NCBI RefSeq assembly: GCF_018350175.1
Contig: NC_058383.1
Coordinates: 5,644,001 to 5,708,000 of the forward strand
Direction: 5' to 3'
Source: Felis catus
Lineage: Eukaryota
DNA length: 64,000 bases
Of the stretch, positions 47,316-59,503 are shown in pieces (the first letter of the stretch is position 1; every line of letters begins with the position of its first letter). The notes below the pieces were generated by a model. That model had not been told where the DNA came from, did no database searches, and worked only from the letters and a program-made list of their open reading frames with translations. The translations under genes were made by a program, and so were the position numbers.

Positions 47316-50300
47316 CTCGGAACAGGCCCCTCTTTGATACGCCTTTGGAGGAGACGGAGGGGGCGGGTGGAGGGCAAATGACCCGCACCCTCCTGACCGC
47401 CCTTCTCTTCTTGGGCACCTGGGGGCGTCACAGCTGTTGGGGTTTAAGGGCCCAAGGGTGGGAAGAAGGCCTGTGGCCTGGGCGCTGGCAGCGTGCCGCT
47501 GGGTTGAGCAGGGATGGGGACTTGGTCCCCGGTGTCTCGGGGGGTTGCTTGTAGAGGTGGGTGAGGGGAAAACCGCTGTATTTGGCTTTGAGGCGGTCCC
47601 GGGTGCTCAGAGCCCTGGCTGCTTGCACAGTGCTGTCCCCACTTGGGCCAGCTGGAGGATTCCAAAGGCCTATTTTTGGGTGGGAGAATTGAGTGATCTC
47701 CCAAGTTTAGGGAGTGGTGTCAGGCCAGCAGACTAGAGGGGGGTCGGGGGAAGGGGTCTGTCTGGAGCAGAGCGGTCTGGGATTTCCTGGCCTCCACGCT
47801 ACGTCCGAGTGTTCTGTCCCAGTGCACAGCCTGCTGGAGGAACTGGGTTCAGATCCTGGCCCTGTTTTCCCTTCTGGGAAACGGGAGCGTCTTGGGATGC
47901 TCTCTGAAGCCCCCTTTCTGGCCTTCGTGCCTGTGCACAGACCAGCAGCAAGGCCCACGTGGCTGCTGCCAGATGGGGAGGACTTTCCCTGGGGTGGGAG
48001 CTCTGTCATTTTGGGGGCCAGCGGCTTCTGCTGCCTCGGGTCCCAGAGCCCCAGTCCTGCAGAATCCCGATCGAGGTCAGGCTGCCTGAAGGCTGAGGTG
48101 CGGGACTCCTGTGTCGGAGACAGGCTTCTTTCTTTCTGTGTGGGGATCCCCGTCCTTCCTCCTCTGGGCGGAAGGCAGTGAGGAGTGGGTGCTCTGAGAG
48201 CAAGTCCGGGAACTGTGTTGGGACCACACATGGACTCCCTCTTGGCACATTCCTCTGTGGCCCAAGAAGGATGGATGCCAGAGCTAAGGGCCCCTCCAGC
48301 ACTTACTTGGGTTCTTCGTGCAAGAGCATCCCTGCCCCCTGCCTGCCCCCTGCCGGCAGCGCCCTCCTGTCTGGGGAGCGGTCCTTTCTGTGCCTCTGCA
48401 GCACGGGGGAGTGTGGGGGGGGGTGGGGGAAGGGAGGTGGGCAGCGGGAAGGAGGGAGAGTCTCGGCGCTTCCTAGGGAGGCTCTCCTGTGGTTTGGGGA
48501 GTGGGTGCGTGGCCTTGAGGCCGCTCCTCTCTGGGCAGGATGGAGAGGTGGCCCCTGGGCACGGTGTCTAGAGTTGGGAGACAGGACACTGTCTTGTGAC
48601 TGTACTTTCTCCCTTTCCGTGCAGCCCGCCAGGCTCTGTCCCCTTCCCTCCCTGGTAGCTTGGCAGCGATTTGCCCAAGTCACACGTCTGTGATTTCTTC
48701 TGAGGGAGGCTTGGCGCGAGAGGCCTGTGTCCCTTGTCACTTGGCCATCATCTTAAGCAGCCTGACTCTGTCTTCCCTTTTTAGTCGGCTGCAAGAGAGC
48801 TTTTCGGGTGAGCCCAGAGGATGAGAGTGCTCCTTCTTGCCCTGCCCGCCGGGACCGGGTGCCGTCTTGCTCAGCCGGGCCCCCGGGCTCTCCAAAGCTG
48901 GGCCTCCCCTGGGGGGGTGTGGGCTGTGCCTGGATCCTGATCCCAGGGAGGTGGCACCGAGAGTCCGGGATACCAGGCCCGGCTGGGTGCACCAGGGGCT
49001 GTGCTGGGGTCGCCGGGGAGAAGGCGCTCTGAGCAGCACGGGTCAAGGCCGGAGCGCGCGTAAAGCAGCAGACGCAGGGCCTGGCCTGCTCTGGGTTCCC
49101 CACTGACACGGGCTGGGCGTCCTCGGGTATTTAGTTTCGGGGATAACCAGAGAGGGGGTAGGAGATCTGGGAATGAGAGGGGCCTTGGAAGCCAAGAGAG
49201 GCTCCACGAACAGATCAGGGTCAGATGTCGCCTGAAGCCAGCGGTAAGGTGCACGTGGCCTGGGGTGGTCAGCGTGGAGGGGACTGGTGACCTTGGTAGA
49301 GCCGGTGGGGGCACAGGCAGGCAGTGAGGGTATGACACGGGACGTGGGGGGACGTGGTGGAGTGTGTGGAGGGGTCCTGAGAGGAAGGGATCTGTGGGCA
49401 CCGTCTCATCGGTCCTCGGTCCCGGAGGAGGGGGAGTAGCTCCCAGGTGAGCCGGGACTCGGCGGGCCGTGCAGCCTGTGGGAGCACTCGAGGGAGCGTG
49501 GGGCCGCCTCCCGTCTGCGGGCCGAGGACCGAGCCGGGGTGGCCCGCGGCACCTCCAGAGGCCGTGGTCGTGGAAGACCCCTTCGCCCCGCCCCGTGATC
49601 TGCTCGGGGAGGCGTGAGGCCGTTCAGAGCTGCCAGCAGCCTGTTTGCAGGGGAGGCCCTGGGACCGCAGAAGGCCGGACAGATGCGCCAGGCGGGAGGG
49701 TATGACCCGGGTGGCCGCGTGCCGGGGCATCTGCTCCCCACCCCGAGAAGTCCACCGCTCCCTTTCCCCACAGAGGCTAGTCCTTCAGGTGAGGGCTGGT
49801 CTGGGCACTGCCCCCGGGCTGCGTTCTGCCTCGACGAGTGAGTAGTTGGGGAAGAACCGGGGGCGGCTGAACGGGGGGGCGGCTGGAGCTCGTGGTACCA
49901 GGTCCCCCGGTGGTGGGGAGGGGACTGGGAAGCCCTGGGCGGGGCTGCTGTGAGGAAAGCGGGCACCCAGCCTCGGGACCTCCTGGGACGCGTGGGCTCG
50001 GGCCTCCCATGCTGCCGTCCCTTGTGAAGCAGGACCCCCGTGCAGGCAGGGCCTCTGTCGTCCTGCCCATCCAGCGCGTCACCCAGGCCCGCTCTGGATA
50101 GATGGCGGGCGGCCCCTCTCTCCATAGGATGAGTCAGACATCCAATAAGCATTTTCAGCACTTGTCAAGTTCCTTATTTCCCCAGCTTCCCTGACCACCC
50201 CCCCCGCCCCCCCCCCCCCCCCCCCCCGTCCGCCCCTGCCGGCCACCCAACCACACACACCCACACCCACATACAACCACACAATCTGTTGCTCAAGAAT

Positions 50301-50599
50301 GGGGGCGGGGCCTTCCATCCTCAGCGAGAGCAACCTGCTCAGTTTGGATTCTGAGCCACTTTGAAAGAGTTGAAACTTTGTCCTGAACTGATTGGGGCCT
50401 TTCCGGGGGGGTTTGGGGAGAAGAGTGTGGGAAGCTGGGAGAGGCCGGCAGGAGATGGCCAGGACATGGCATCCCATCCCTCCTGTGGTGGCCACATGGG
50501 GACCGTAACTGAGGACAGGTCTGCTCTGTAACCTGGAGTGTTGCTGCATCAAGAATGGCCCAGAGATCAGATTATGTTTCTCAGTTCAGAAGATTCTGG

Positions 50600-50810
50600 A
50601 TTTTTAAAAAAAATTTTTTTAATTTATCTTAGAGACAGAGTGTGAGCAGGGGAGGGACAGAGAGAGAGAGAGGGAGACACAGAATCCGAAGTAGGCTCCT
50701 GGCTCTGAGCTGTCAGCACAGAGCCCAATGTGGGGCTCGAACTCACCAACCAGGAGATCATGACCTGAGCCGAAGTTGGAATCTTAACCAACTGAGCCAC
50801 CCAGGCGCCC
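50600..50810 (-). mobile_element. CAN-SINE
   Basis: Reverse SINE, TSD agaaga..ctggattttt. Confidence 0.9.
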
Positions 50811-52319
50811 AGAAGAGTCTGGATTTTTAAAAACTAAATTATGTCAGCATTGTTTTTGAGGTCTGGGGCATTACTCTTGGTCAAAACATTAATATTTTTG
50901 TAGCAAGACGTGAATATTCATGTTAAGTGAATGCATTATGACCATCAATGGCCACATGAGTTCAGGTCACCTGTGGCTGCCAGGTGAGTTTCCTGTAAGC
51001 CTATGAAAAAAGTTTTCTCAGAACTTTCTGTTGTTTGGAATTGTGGGTAAGACTCTTTCCAGTGGGAAGTGTGGTGCCCGAGAGCTGGAGGCTCCTGCTG
51101 GCCGTCCCTTTGTCCCTCAGGCTTCAAAGCCAGGTTGGGTTCTGGTCATTGTCTTGTGGGAGGTGGTCTGGTCGCAGACTTGCTGGCAGGGATGGCCCCT
51201 AAGGTGAATGGTGCGAGCTGGGCTGTGCTCTGGTGACAGTGAGTGACAGGTCTGGACGGAAAGCACCGCAGGCTGGTGTTACTCGTGTCTGGGAAATGGA
51301 GGTGGGCCGGCTCAGCCCGTGTTACCCGCACTTTGCCCTTTAGGTTCCCAGAGCAGCTGCCGGGGGCTGAGCAGGGGGGCCGGTCCCCCGGGCTCCAGGG
51401 CAGCGAGGGCCTAGCCTTCCCGGGTTCGCTTGGTGGTGGGCGGGCCCTGGAGCATCCGGGAAAAGCAGCCCCCAGGATGGGCGGTTCACGTCGGCGGGCC
51501 TGCCAGGCAGCGTGGGTAGCTCCCGGCCCCCGCACCGCCGGGGAGACTGCACCCAGCTGGGGCGGAGCAGGGTGGTGGGGGGGGGCTCCTGTAGCCAGGG
51601 GTGCGGGCTGCCCACACGCACCCACTCGAGGGCACTGAGGACGACAGGACAGGCCTTGGCCCCAGCCTCCCGCCGGACACCTGGAGCCTCTGAGCAGACA
51701 CCACGGATTCTAGGCTGTGCCTCTTGACAGGTTGGATCCTGACACGAGATGACATGGGGTGTCCAGCTTGGGTGGGTGCTCAGCCCGGTAGTCCCGGTCC
51801 TCGGGCCTCACTGGCCCCTGGAGGGGATGCTGGCCCAGCTGTGAGGCCCGGCTCGCCCCTGCCCCCCCGCTGTTTCCTTGGACATTCTGACCGAACGTGT
51901 GAACTGGTGTGGTTCCCGGGACTTCAGCTGTAGGTGGAACGTTGCTAGAGGCCAGGAGGAAGGACAGTGGCACCTGGGTGGTGCCATAACTCCCAACTGG
52001 TACAGGGCCGCGCGGCTGCTTCCAGCTGCTCTGTTAGTGGCTTGATTAGCATCAGTAGTTGCAGGAGTTGTGGGCAGGGATTGTGGACAGAGCAGGTGTG
52101 TTCCCTGCCCGGGGCAGCCTGTCCAGTCTGTGTGTGGGGACACAGCTGGTGGCCACAGCCTCACCCCTGACTTTGGCAGCATGGCCTTAGGTGCTTTTTC
52201 TGGTGGGGCAGGTCTAAGGTGGGCCCCGCGCAGCTGTGTCCGGACTCCCACGGGCAGGGGCAGCCATGGGAGGGCCCGAGAGCAGTGTAGCGACCCGACC
52301 GCCTTTGCAGTCCTTAGAA

Positions 52320-52487
52320 AGGCGACTCCTGAGCGGCTCAGTCAGTTAAACAAGTCTGACTCTTGATTTCGGCTCAGGTCATGACCTCCAGGTTCGTGGG
52401 TTCGAGCTCCGTGCCAGGTTCTTGTGCTGACAGTGCAGAGACTGCTTGGGATCCTCTCTCCCCCCTCTCTGCTGGTGCGTGCTCTCA
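52320..52487 (+). mobile_element. CAN-SINE (tail-poor)
   Basis: Head and CT tract. Confidence 0.8.
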
Positions 52488-53789
52488 AGGAAAGGTAACT
52501 CTGCTGAGAGAAATTCAGGCCTACTGATTAACTTTCCCCCAGATCTGGCCTTGCCTGTGTCCAGTCTAACCGTTTGGCACACACATCGGTTTGGGAAATG
52601 CCGGCTGAAACAACAGTTCAACAAATGGCTTTACTACAGGACTTCTCAGAGCCATTCCTAAACTGTGCGCTGTGATACCACGATGGGGAGAGAGTTTCCC
52701 CAAATTGACCAGAGAACCATCCCCCCCCTCCCCCCCTTTTCTGCAGTTTATCAGGGGAATTAGTGTGTTAGGACCAGCACCTGGGGAAGCGCTTCTGACC
52801 CTACTGTCTGTCCACTGTGGAAGTTTCAGGCAACCCTCTCCTGAGTGGGTAGGAAGAGAAGTGGGCACTGAGTTTGATTTTTTTTCTTTAAGCAGTGGAA
52901 AACCAGGCCTCTTAGTCTGGTTTCTCACAGTTCCCCCACCTGCTCCGTAGGGCTGGGCACAGTGTGGCCCTCAGGAGGAGCAGCATTAGCAGCTTTGGCA
53001 TTTTGAGTGGAGGAAGCCTTCTGTTGGGTGCTTCTATTAAGCCGAACCTTCCTCTGCACACACAAGGTGGCAAAAGGAGAAGCAGCTGTTTCCAGAACAT
53101 TCTGGAAGGGCACAAGAGATCCTTAGCAGTGTTTGAAGACAGGCTGAGGCACGGAGGGGAGACCTGGCTTTAGGGAGACCAAGGCAGCTGGGGTGAACCC
53201 GGGGCAGGGGGCACCGGAGTGGGGGCCTCCCCAGGAAGGAGTGGGTCAGGTCTTCCTGCTCACTACCCAGCTCCTGTCCCCCCGTGGAGCCCCTCCTTTA
53301 TTCCTTCTCAGTACTCAGCCCTGGGCACTTTGGCACATTTGTTCCCGTGAAATCTGGTGAAGGGCCCTGTTCACTAAAAGCCCTCGGTTCGCATCGCGGT
53401 AGACAGGGCTAGAGGCGTCCCCGGCCGCCTGGGAGAGTTTGTTTCCACCGGCTCTTCCTCGGTCTCCGGAATGTGATGGGTTTCTCATTAGGGCTGAGCT
53501 GGCTATTGCGGCTCTCATTTTAATTTCAGCTGTGTCCAGAACTTTCCAGAAGTAGCCTAAGGAGCAGAGGCAGAGCTGAGCACACGGCTCTTGCTTCCCA
53601 CCTTTGGGAGCAAGCCTTTGAAAAGGACCCTGGAATGTGAGTGGTGACTTCAGATGACTGAACCTGTGCTCGCGTGGCTCATGATTGGGGTGATAGCCCG
53701 GAGGCGCCTTGTGGTAATTGTGTGTTGTGCGCATTGAAGGTAAACTTGACTTTTTGAAGAAACAGGTTAAATTTTCAAGATACATGCTG

Positions 53790-53993
53790 CCTTTTTTTCT
53801 TTTCTTTTTTTTTTAAGTGATTTTATTTTTGAGAGAGCACAAGCAGGGGAGGGGCAGAGAGAGAGGGAGACACAGAATCTGAAGCAGGCTCCAGGCTCTG
53901 AGCTATCAGCACAGAGCCCGACGCGGAGCTCGAACCACGAGATCATGACCTGAGCCAAAGTCAGACACCTAACCGACTGAGCACACAGGCACC
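53790..53993 (-). mobile_element. CAN-SINE
   Basis: Reverse SINE with poly-T. Confidence 0.9.
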
Positions 53994-54571
53994 CTGTTAA
54001 GTGCTGTCTTCTTCCAGACGTTGTGAATATGGCTGATTTTAATTGTTCACTAAAATCTATTGTACCCATCCCCAAGTCTGAATTCTAAACTTCATAAGTT
54101 TTTGGAATTTCCCTCTAAGGAATAGAAGAATAAAACTTTTCAACACTGGGGAGAAAAACTCTAAAATGATACGGTTTTCTTGGGTCTTGTTTTCAGAGAT
54201 ACAAGAATTTTTGTAGAAACTAGCATTTGCTTCTTGTTCTTCCTTTTGTGACGGAGGAGAAAACACGGCAGGTTATGTGGCAACTGAACGTTCTTGTCTT
54301 TGTAAGTGGTAATTCCTGTAGGTAACGTAGCGGCTGAGAGCGGCAGCTAGCCTTCCCCTGGGTAAATGGGCATGTGTAAGAGGCCGGGGGTTTGTTGCTG
54401 GAGGGGTGAAGGCTGCTTCTGTGGACCTGGTCACCGTGAGACACCCGGGGCCCTGGGTCCTCGCGGCCTCAGTCCCTTCTTGTGCCGGGGTGTGGGGTGG
54501 GTACAGAACTGGGTCCAGCCTCGGGCTCTGCCGGGGACCCTAACGCGCGTGCCCCCCCATTCTCTCTGCAG

Positions 54572-54704
54572 AGTCGGGGTTCTGGAGGACTCCTTCACCT
54601 TCCTGGGCATCTTCTTGGCCATCATCTTGTTCCCGTTTGGGTTCATCTGCTGTTTTGCCTTGAGGAAGCGAAGATGCCCCAACTGTGGAGCAAACTTCAC
54701 TTAA
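54572..54704 (+). CDS. BRI3: BRI3 coding exon 3 (hydrophobic segment and second CxxC; protein totals 125 aa)
   Basis: [43 protein letters not shown]; 142+103+133 = 378 nt. Confidence 0.96.
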
Positions 54705-54910
54705 AGGGAACAACACACCTGGCTTTCCTACATCCAGCTGTCTTTTTCTAATGTAAATGTCGTGTACAGTAGCTTTATTTGATTAAGCTTCCAGGACTGT
54801 TTTGTAAAGTGAGGCGGGATAGACGGCGTGCGCGTGAGCTGCGGTTTCGTGGGGCGCAGGGGTCACGGCGTGGGGACGCAGCAGCACTGCTTCGGGGTGA
54901 ATGACAACTC

Positions 54911-55043
54911 AATAAAGCACTGCTTCTATTTTTTGCAGTCTTCAATTTGAGAAAGGTGAGAAATACTGTTTTAAATAAATGAGATTCATACCATTGTTGA
55001 CCTGGTTCTGCCTGGTGTGCACACTGCCACTTGTACAAATAAA
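54911..55043 (+). terminator. BRI3: BRI3 polyadenylation signals
   Basis: AATAAA at 54911-54916, 54974-54979 and 55038-55043; the first is followed by a T-rich element. Confidence 0.75.
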
Positions 55044-55177
55044 CTTGTGTGGACGTTGGAAATTGTGACCAGACTAGAATAACATACCCAGCGCCTGGCT
55101 TCAACACTGTCCATCGTGGCCGATCTTGATCTAGTCCTCTAGGCATTCGCAGCTCCAGAGAATGTGCTTTTCGAAGT

Positions 55178-55183
55178 TTTATT
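55178..55183 (-). terminator. BAIAP2L1: Candidate distal polyadenylation signal of BAIAP2L1
   Basis: TTTATT on plus = AATAAA on minus, about 1.7 kb past the stop codon. Confidence 0.5.
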
Positions 55184-56915
55184 ATTATAACGAAACATAA
55201 TACCTTGACATTACTCCATGCCCGGGGCCTGAGGCAAGCCCGCCCGCCCTCCGTGAGGCAAGTGTGTGCCCGCTGCGGCCCATTCCCTGGAGGTGCAGAA
55301 CGGGTCCCTGGGTCCCCGGGTCCCCGCAGACCGCACCTAATAATCTGTAATGAAGCCAAAGGATCCCAGAGAACGGAGCTCTGGAGACCAGGGCCCCCAC
55401 CCCCTGTAACACACCGGGGCTGTGTCTTAAACCCTCCCCCCCCCCCCCCCCCCCCCGTTGAAAATACCGGGCTTCCGTGAACCCTCCTCTTAGAGGAGCG
55501 GTGGACCACTTAACTAAAGTGGACCGTGTTTTCTTTCCTGGCTGGAGCGTCTTTCCTCAAGACAGGTGTACTGCCCGCCAACCACTCAGCCCCTGGAGAG
55601 CCCTCACACGGGTCTGACTCCTCAGCTCCTGGGGACCTCGTCTGGTTTGCCAACCCGGCCAGGACAGGAGCAAGAACGAGAAGTGGCACGCACACAGACT
55701 GGTTTACCTGCGTTTGCCCAGGACTAGTTTCAAGTGTCTAGAAAAACGTTGATAGTTACGGCGAGACCAAAGGGGCTGTGATAAAAAAACAGGGCCCTCT
55801 TCGCCCACACACAGTGAATTGTCTGGGTGTGAGTCCTGATTCTGCACTCCTCCCAAACAGGGCCCGATCCCTGGCAGCCAGAGATCAACTCGGCCACTCG
55901 CTCCGAGGTCCCTTGGCACGGGACACCCCGGATTCTGAGGGCACAGGGCAGGTCTCGGGTGAAATGCAGAACTTCCCATCCCGGCCGCTGAGACTCGGGC
56001 ATGTGGCTTTGTACGCGCTGTTTCGGGGCATGCGTAGGTGTGTCCGTACCCGACTCAGACATGGAGAAACTTGGACCCCAAGGGGTTTCAGAGTACACCA
56101 GCGATGGAGGCAGCTTCGGTCAGCCGGCTTAGTGAGAACGCCCCGGGTCTGCACATGCAGGGTCCTTACACGCGTGAGTGACGCCCATCACCTGCAGCAC
56201 AGCCTGGTGTGTTTTCATTGGGGAATCCAGTCGGTGACTCCCAGCTACCAAAGTCCGTAGCTCTGGGGTTATGCAGGTACTAAACGTGGCCGTGACAGGG
56301 ACAGGCAAAACACCTCCGTGCTCTGTAGCTATGTCTAAATCAAGGGGAACTTGGGGATTTCTCCATCTTAGGTAGCTCTACATTTGATTAAACAAAAATT
56401 AAGAATTTTTAAGTTAAAAAATTAAATTTTATAGACTATTCATAATTTATATTGCTTAAAATTATGATTTGCATGCTAAGATGCAACTTTACACAACCTT
56501 TCCTTTAGATAATGTTATAACGCTAGATAAGAGCACATGCTTTTTAAAATAAAACTGTGCTCATTTCATGCAGAGAGCTGGTCACAAAAGCAGACTATCC
56601 CTCATTCTATTAAAAAATAATCAGAATATTAAAAAAAAATGATACAGTAAGGATTGGAACCAAATTTATGGTCTTCTGACAGAATGGGAAGAAAATATTT
56701 TCACTGATTTGAGTGGGTCACTAGACTATTAAAGACAAATATATCAACCCAACTATGTTAAATTGAGAAAAATGCGTCGATTTGCTCAAGTGGAATACAT
56801 TTAAAATCAGGCACCCTTTGGCGAAGCTTTGCAACAGTTAAGCGCACACCAAACAACAAATCATTTTGCAAGTGAGAACTTAACGTCGGAGGGACTGGAG
56901 CTCCCGGCCTGCTCT

Positions 56916-56991
56916 TCATCGAATGATCGGTGCAGAGCGATCGTTTGTCACCGTCGGCCGGAGTTTCACTGTCGCGAAGGGGTTTTCTCCG
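56916..56991 (-). CDS. BAIAP2L1: BAIAP2L1 (IRTKS) last coding exon, WH2-like C terminus
   Basis: (S)[24 protein letters not shown]; acceptor ccctgcag; phase 2 matches the preceding exon. Confidence 0.95.
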
Positions 56992-57484
56992 CTGCAGGGG
57001 GAGAGGAAAAACCACGTCTGCAGACACACTACAGGATGGGAATTGGGTTTTAGAGGAGCTGTGAACTACCGTCCTTGCTCTGTGAAGTTAGAAGGCTTCT
57101 GTATAAAACTCTGGACATTTTCTAGACACAGACGTTTCACGGTGGCAGTCCTCTCTGTGCACCCATGCCCACCCGTCACAGAACTCTCCAGGGCTGTAGA
57201 TGCTGTAATGGGAGAGCCCACCTTTCTGTGGCCCTGTGTGGGAGGGGTTACGTGAGAGAGCCATAAGGACGCGGTCTGGATCAAGGTGCCAAATGCAACA
57301 TGGCCGGGAGGCATCCCTTGGGGACCCCGGCAGAGGCCGGGCAGGCTTCCTGTGCTGTGAGAACAAGGCGGCCGCCTTCTCCTTGGACCCCATAGGCCTA
57401 AGGCGCCTCGGCCGGGACACCTCCCCCACCCCCTGCCCCGGGCTGTGCACCTACCAAGACCCCCAGGAACACAGTTCAACGTAC

Positions 57485-57522
57485 CTGAGAAAAGGAGGCT
57501 TTGCTGTCCCATTTGCGTCGTT
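57485..57522 (-). CDS. BAIAP2L1: BAIAP2L1 penultimate exon (38 nt)
   Basis: NDANGTAKPPFL(S); acceptor cttcctcacag, donor AG|GTACGT; upstream exons lie outside the window. Confidence 0.92.
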
Positions 57523-58569
57523 CTGTGAGGAAGATAAAGATGAAGTTTATGGAAGGGTCACGAAACCAGGACATTTTCAATAAGACCTTAAAGCTAAAGA
57601 TATCTAAAGTGCAAGGAGCAATTTATGGCTGATGCGTGTAAGCCCACCTGAGGCCATCTCAACGTCTGTCTAAAGTCACCTAAGGGATAAGGGCAAGAAC
57701 AGAAAACCGAAGACAGTGAGGGGCCCTCACAAGTGCTGGCATGTCTCAGGCCTTGGAAGACCATGGCCCTTAAGCTGCCCAGCCGTAGTGCCTACAACTG
57801 GTGTTTTGGGAGCCCAGTCCTGAATGAGGCCATGACAAACAGGAAGCAAAAATAAAACCTTGTTGGGTTTTGGTGCCCACAGATGTGCCAAGGGCTAGCC
57901 AGAGATCTGGTGGGAAGTTCCAGAAGATGAGACGACAGAGGGACAACACTGCCCTTGCCTTCAGGAACTACCAGAGCCTGGGGACTTGGGGGGTCTCCCA
58001 GTGTGGCCAGGGACCAGGGGTGTGTGTGCCTTCTGTCCTTCGTTTTATAAAGCTAGAAGGCTTTCAGAATTTGCTTTAAATCTGCTCTGGCTGTTGAAAA
58101 AAATCACTGGCCTGAGCTTGTGGGGCTAATTCTCAGATGGCTGCCCAGGAGAGGGCAGTGTAATGCTGTCTGAGCCACAGGCCACCAGACCAGACCAGAC
58201 CAGACTCCTGGAAGCTCCCAGGATTCCCAGTGGCCTCAGGGCATACGGGCCTCTGAACACTGAAGGATAGATAGCTCTTCTCACTTCTGGTTGCCAGCCT
58301 AGGGTCAAAGGCCATAGTTGGAGGCCAAAGCCCAGGTCAGGGCTCTTTCTGCATGCTCCTCTTGGGTTGTGGACACAGATTCTCGAAGTACAAGAGAGGC
58401 TGTGGGCACTGGGGTACTTCAGACCTGTGCCTCCTGTCTCTGTGCCTCTGAAGACCTCTGAGCGTGCTTTGAACCTCGAGACCAGCAGGTAAGCAAGGTC
58501 ATTCTGATGGGGAGCCCCAAGCACCTGAAGGCAACCCCAGTCAGCCTTGTGCCCCAATTCAGTGTCTAC

Positions 58570-58762
58570 CTTTTCTTTTGTAATTTATTTGAGAGAGAGA
58601 GAGGAGAGTGAGTGGGGGGAGAGGGACAGAGGGGAAAGAGAATCCCAAGCAGACTCCAAACCCTGAGCCCCAACACAGGGCTCCATCCCACAGCCCTGGG
58701 ACCGTGACCTGAGCCAAAATCAAGAGTCGGATGCTCAACTGACTGAGCCCCCCAGGCGCCCC
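58570..58762 (-). mobile_element. CAN-SINE
   Basis: Reverse SINE, TSD gtgtctac. Confidence 0.88.
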
Positions 58763-59399
58763 TGTGTCTACTTTTCATCACAGATGCACACAGCGGCTGC
58801 CCTGCTCAGCATGTCCTAATAGGGTTTTAAATGGCTGCAAAATGATTTCTTCCTACTAGGCGTGCTGAGCTTCCCCAGCAGGCCTCAGAGCAAGTCATTT
58901 GTGGGGTAGCGCTCTCGTTCCGTGACGGTTACAGGCTAATTTATGACTTACTTAAAAAGCACCAGGATGCCTGCCCTGCAATGGCACGTGTGCTCAGTCC
59001 GCTGGCAATGGCATGTTGCCTAGAGCAGACAGCCCGTGTGCAGAGGCACCAGCTCACGCTGCAGAGAGGCCTCCAGTGTCCTCCCTCCTGGCCTGGAAAG
59101 CACACTTCCTGCAAAGCCAGGTGTGGCTTCTGCCCGTCTTGCACTTGGCCGCAGAGGCACACTCGGCCCTCTTGCTCCTTGATACTGTCTGGAAACCACC
59201 TTCCTGCGGCCTTTCCCGGGAGCACGCACTGTCCCTGCCATGTGCGTCCTCAAGTCTGAGGAAAGCTCCGTGCGCTCTGAACTGGAAACCAGAAACAAAA
59301 CCCTCCCTGGAGTACCTGCCAGCCAGACTCAGCCTCAGAGGGAAAACTTTGGGGTCTGTTCCCAGGAGGGCCTCCTGAGTCCCGACTGACCCAACTGAA

Positions 59400-59503
59400 C
59401 TTTAAAATTTATTTAAGTAATCTCTACACCCAACGTGGGGCTTGAATTCAACAACCGTGAGATAAAGCGTCACATGCTCTACCGATGAGCCAGCCGGGCG
59501 CCC
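59400..59503 (-). mobile_element. Short CAN-SINE
   Basis: TSD ctgacccaactgaacttt. Confidence 0.85.

Noticed and set aside
50197..50228. Long poly-C/poly-G runs (also about 9416, 14096, 43555 and 55435)
   Set aside because: Simple homopolymers of unreliable length, with no evidence of function beyond generic G-quadruplex potential.
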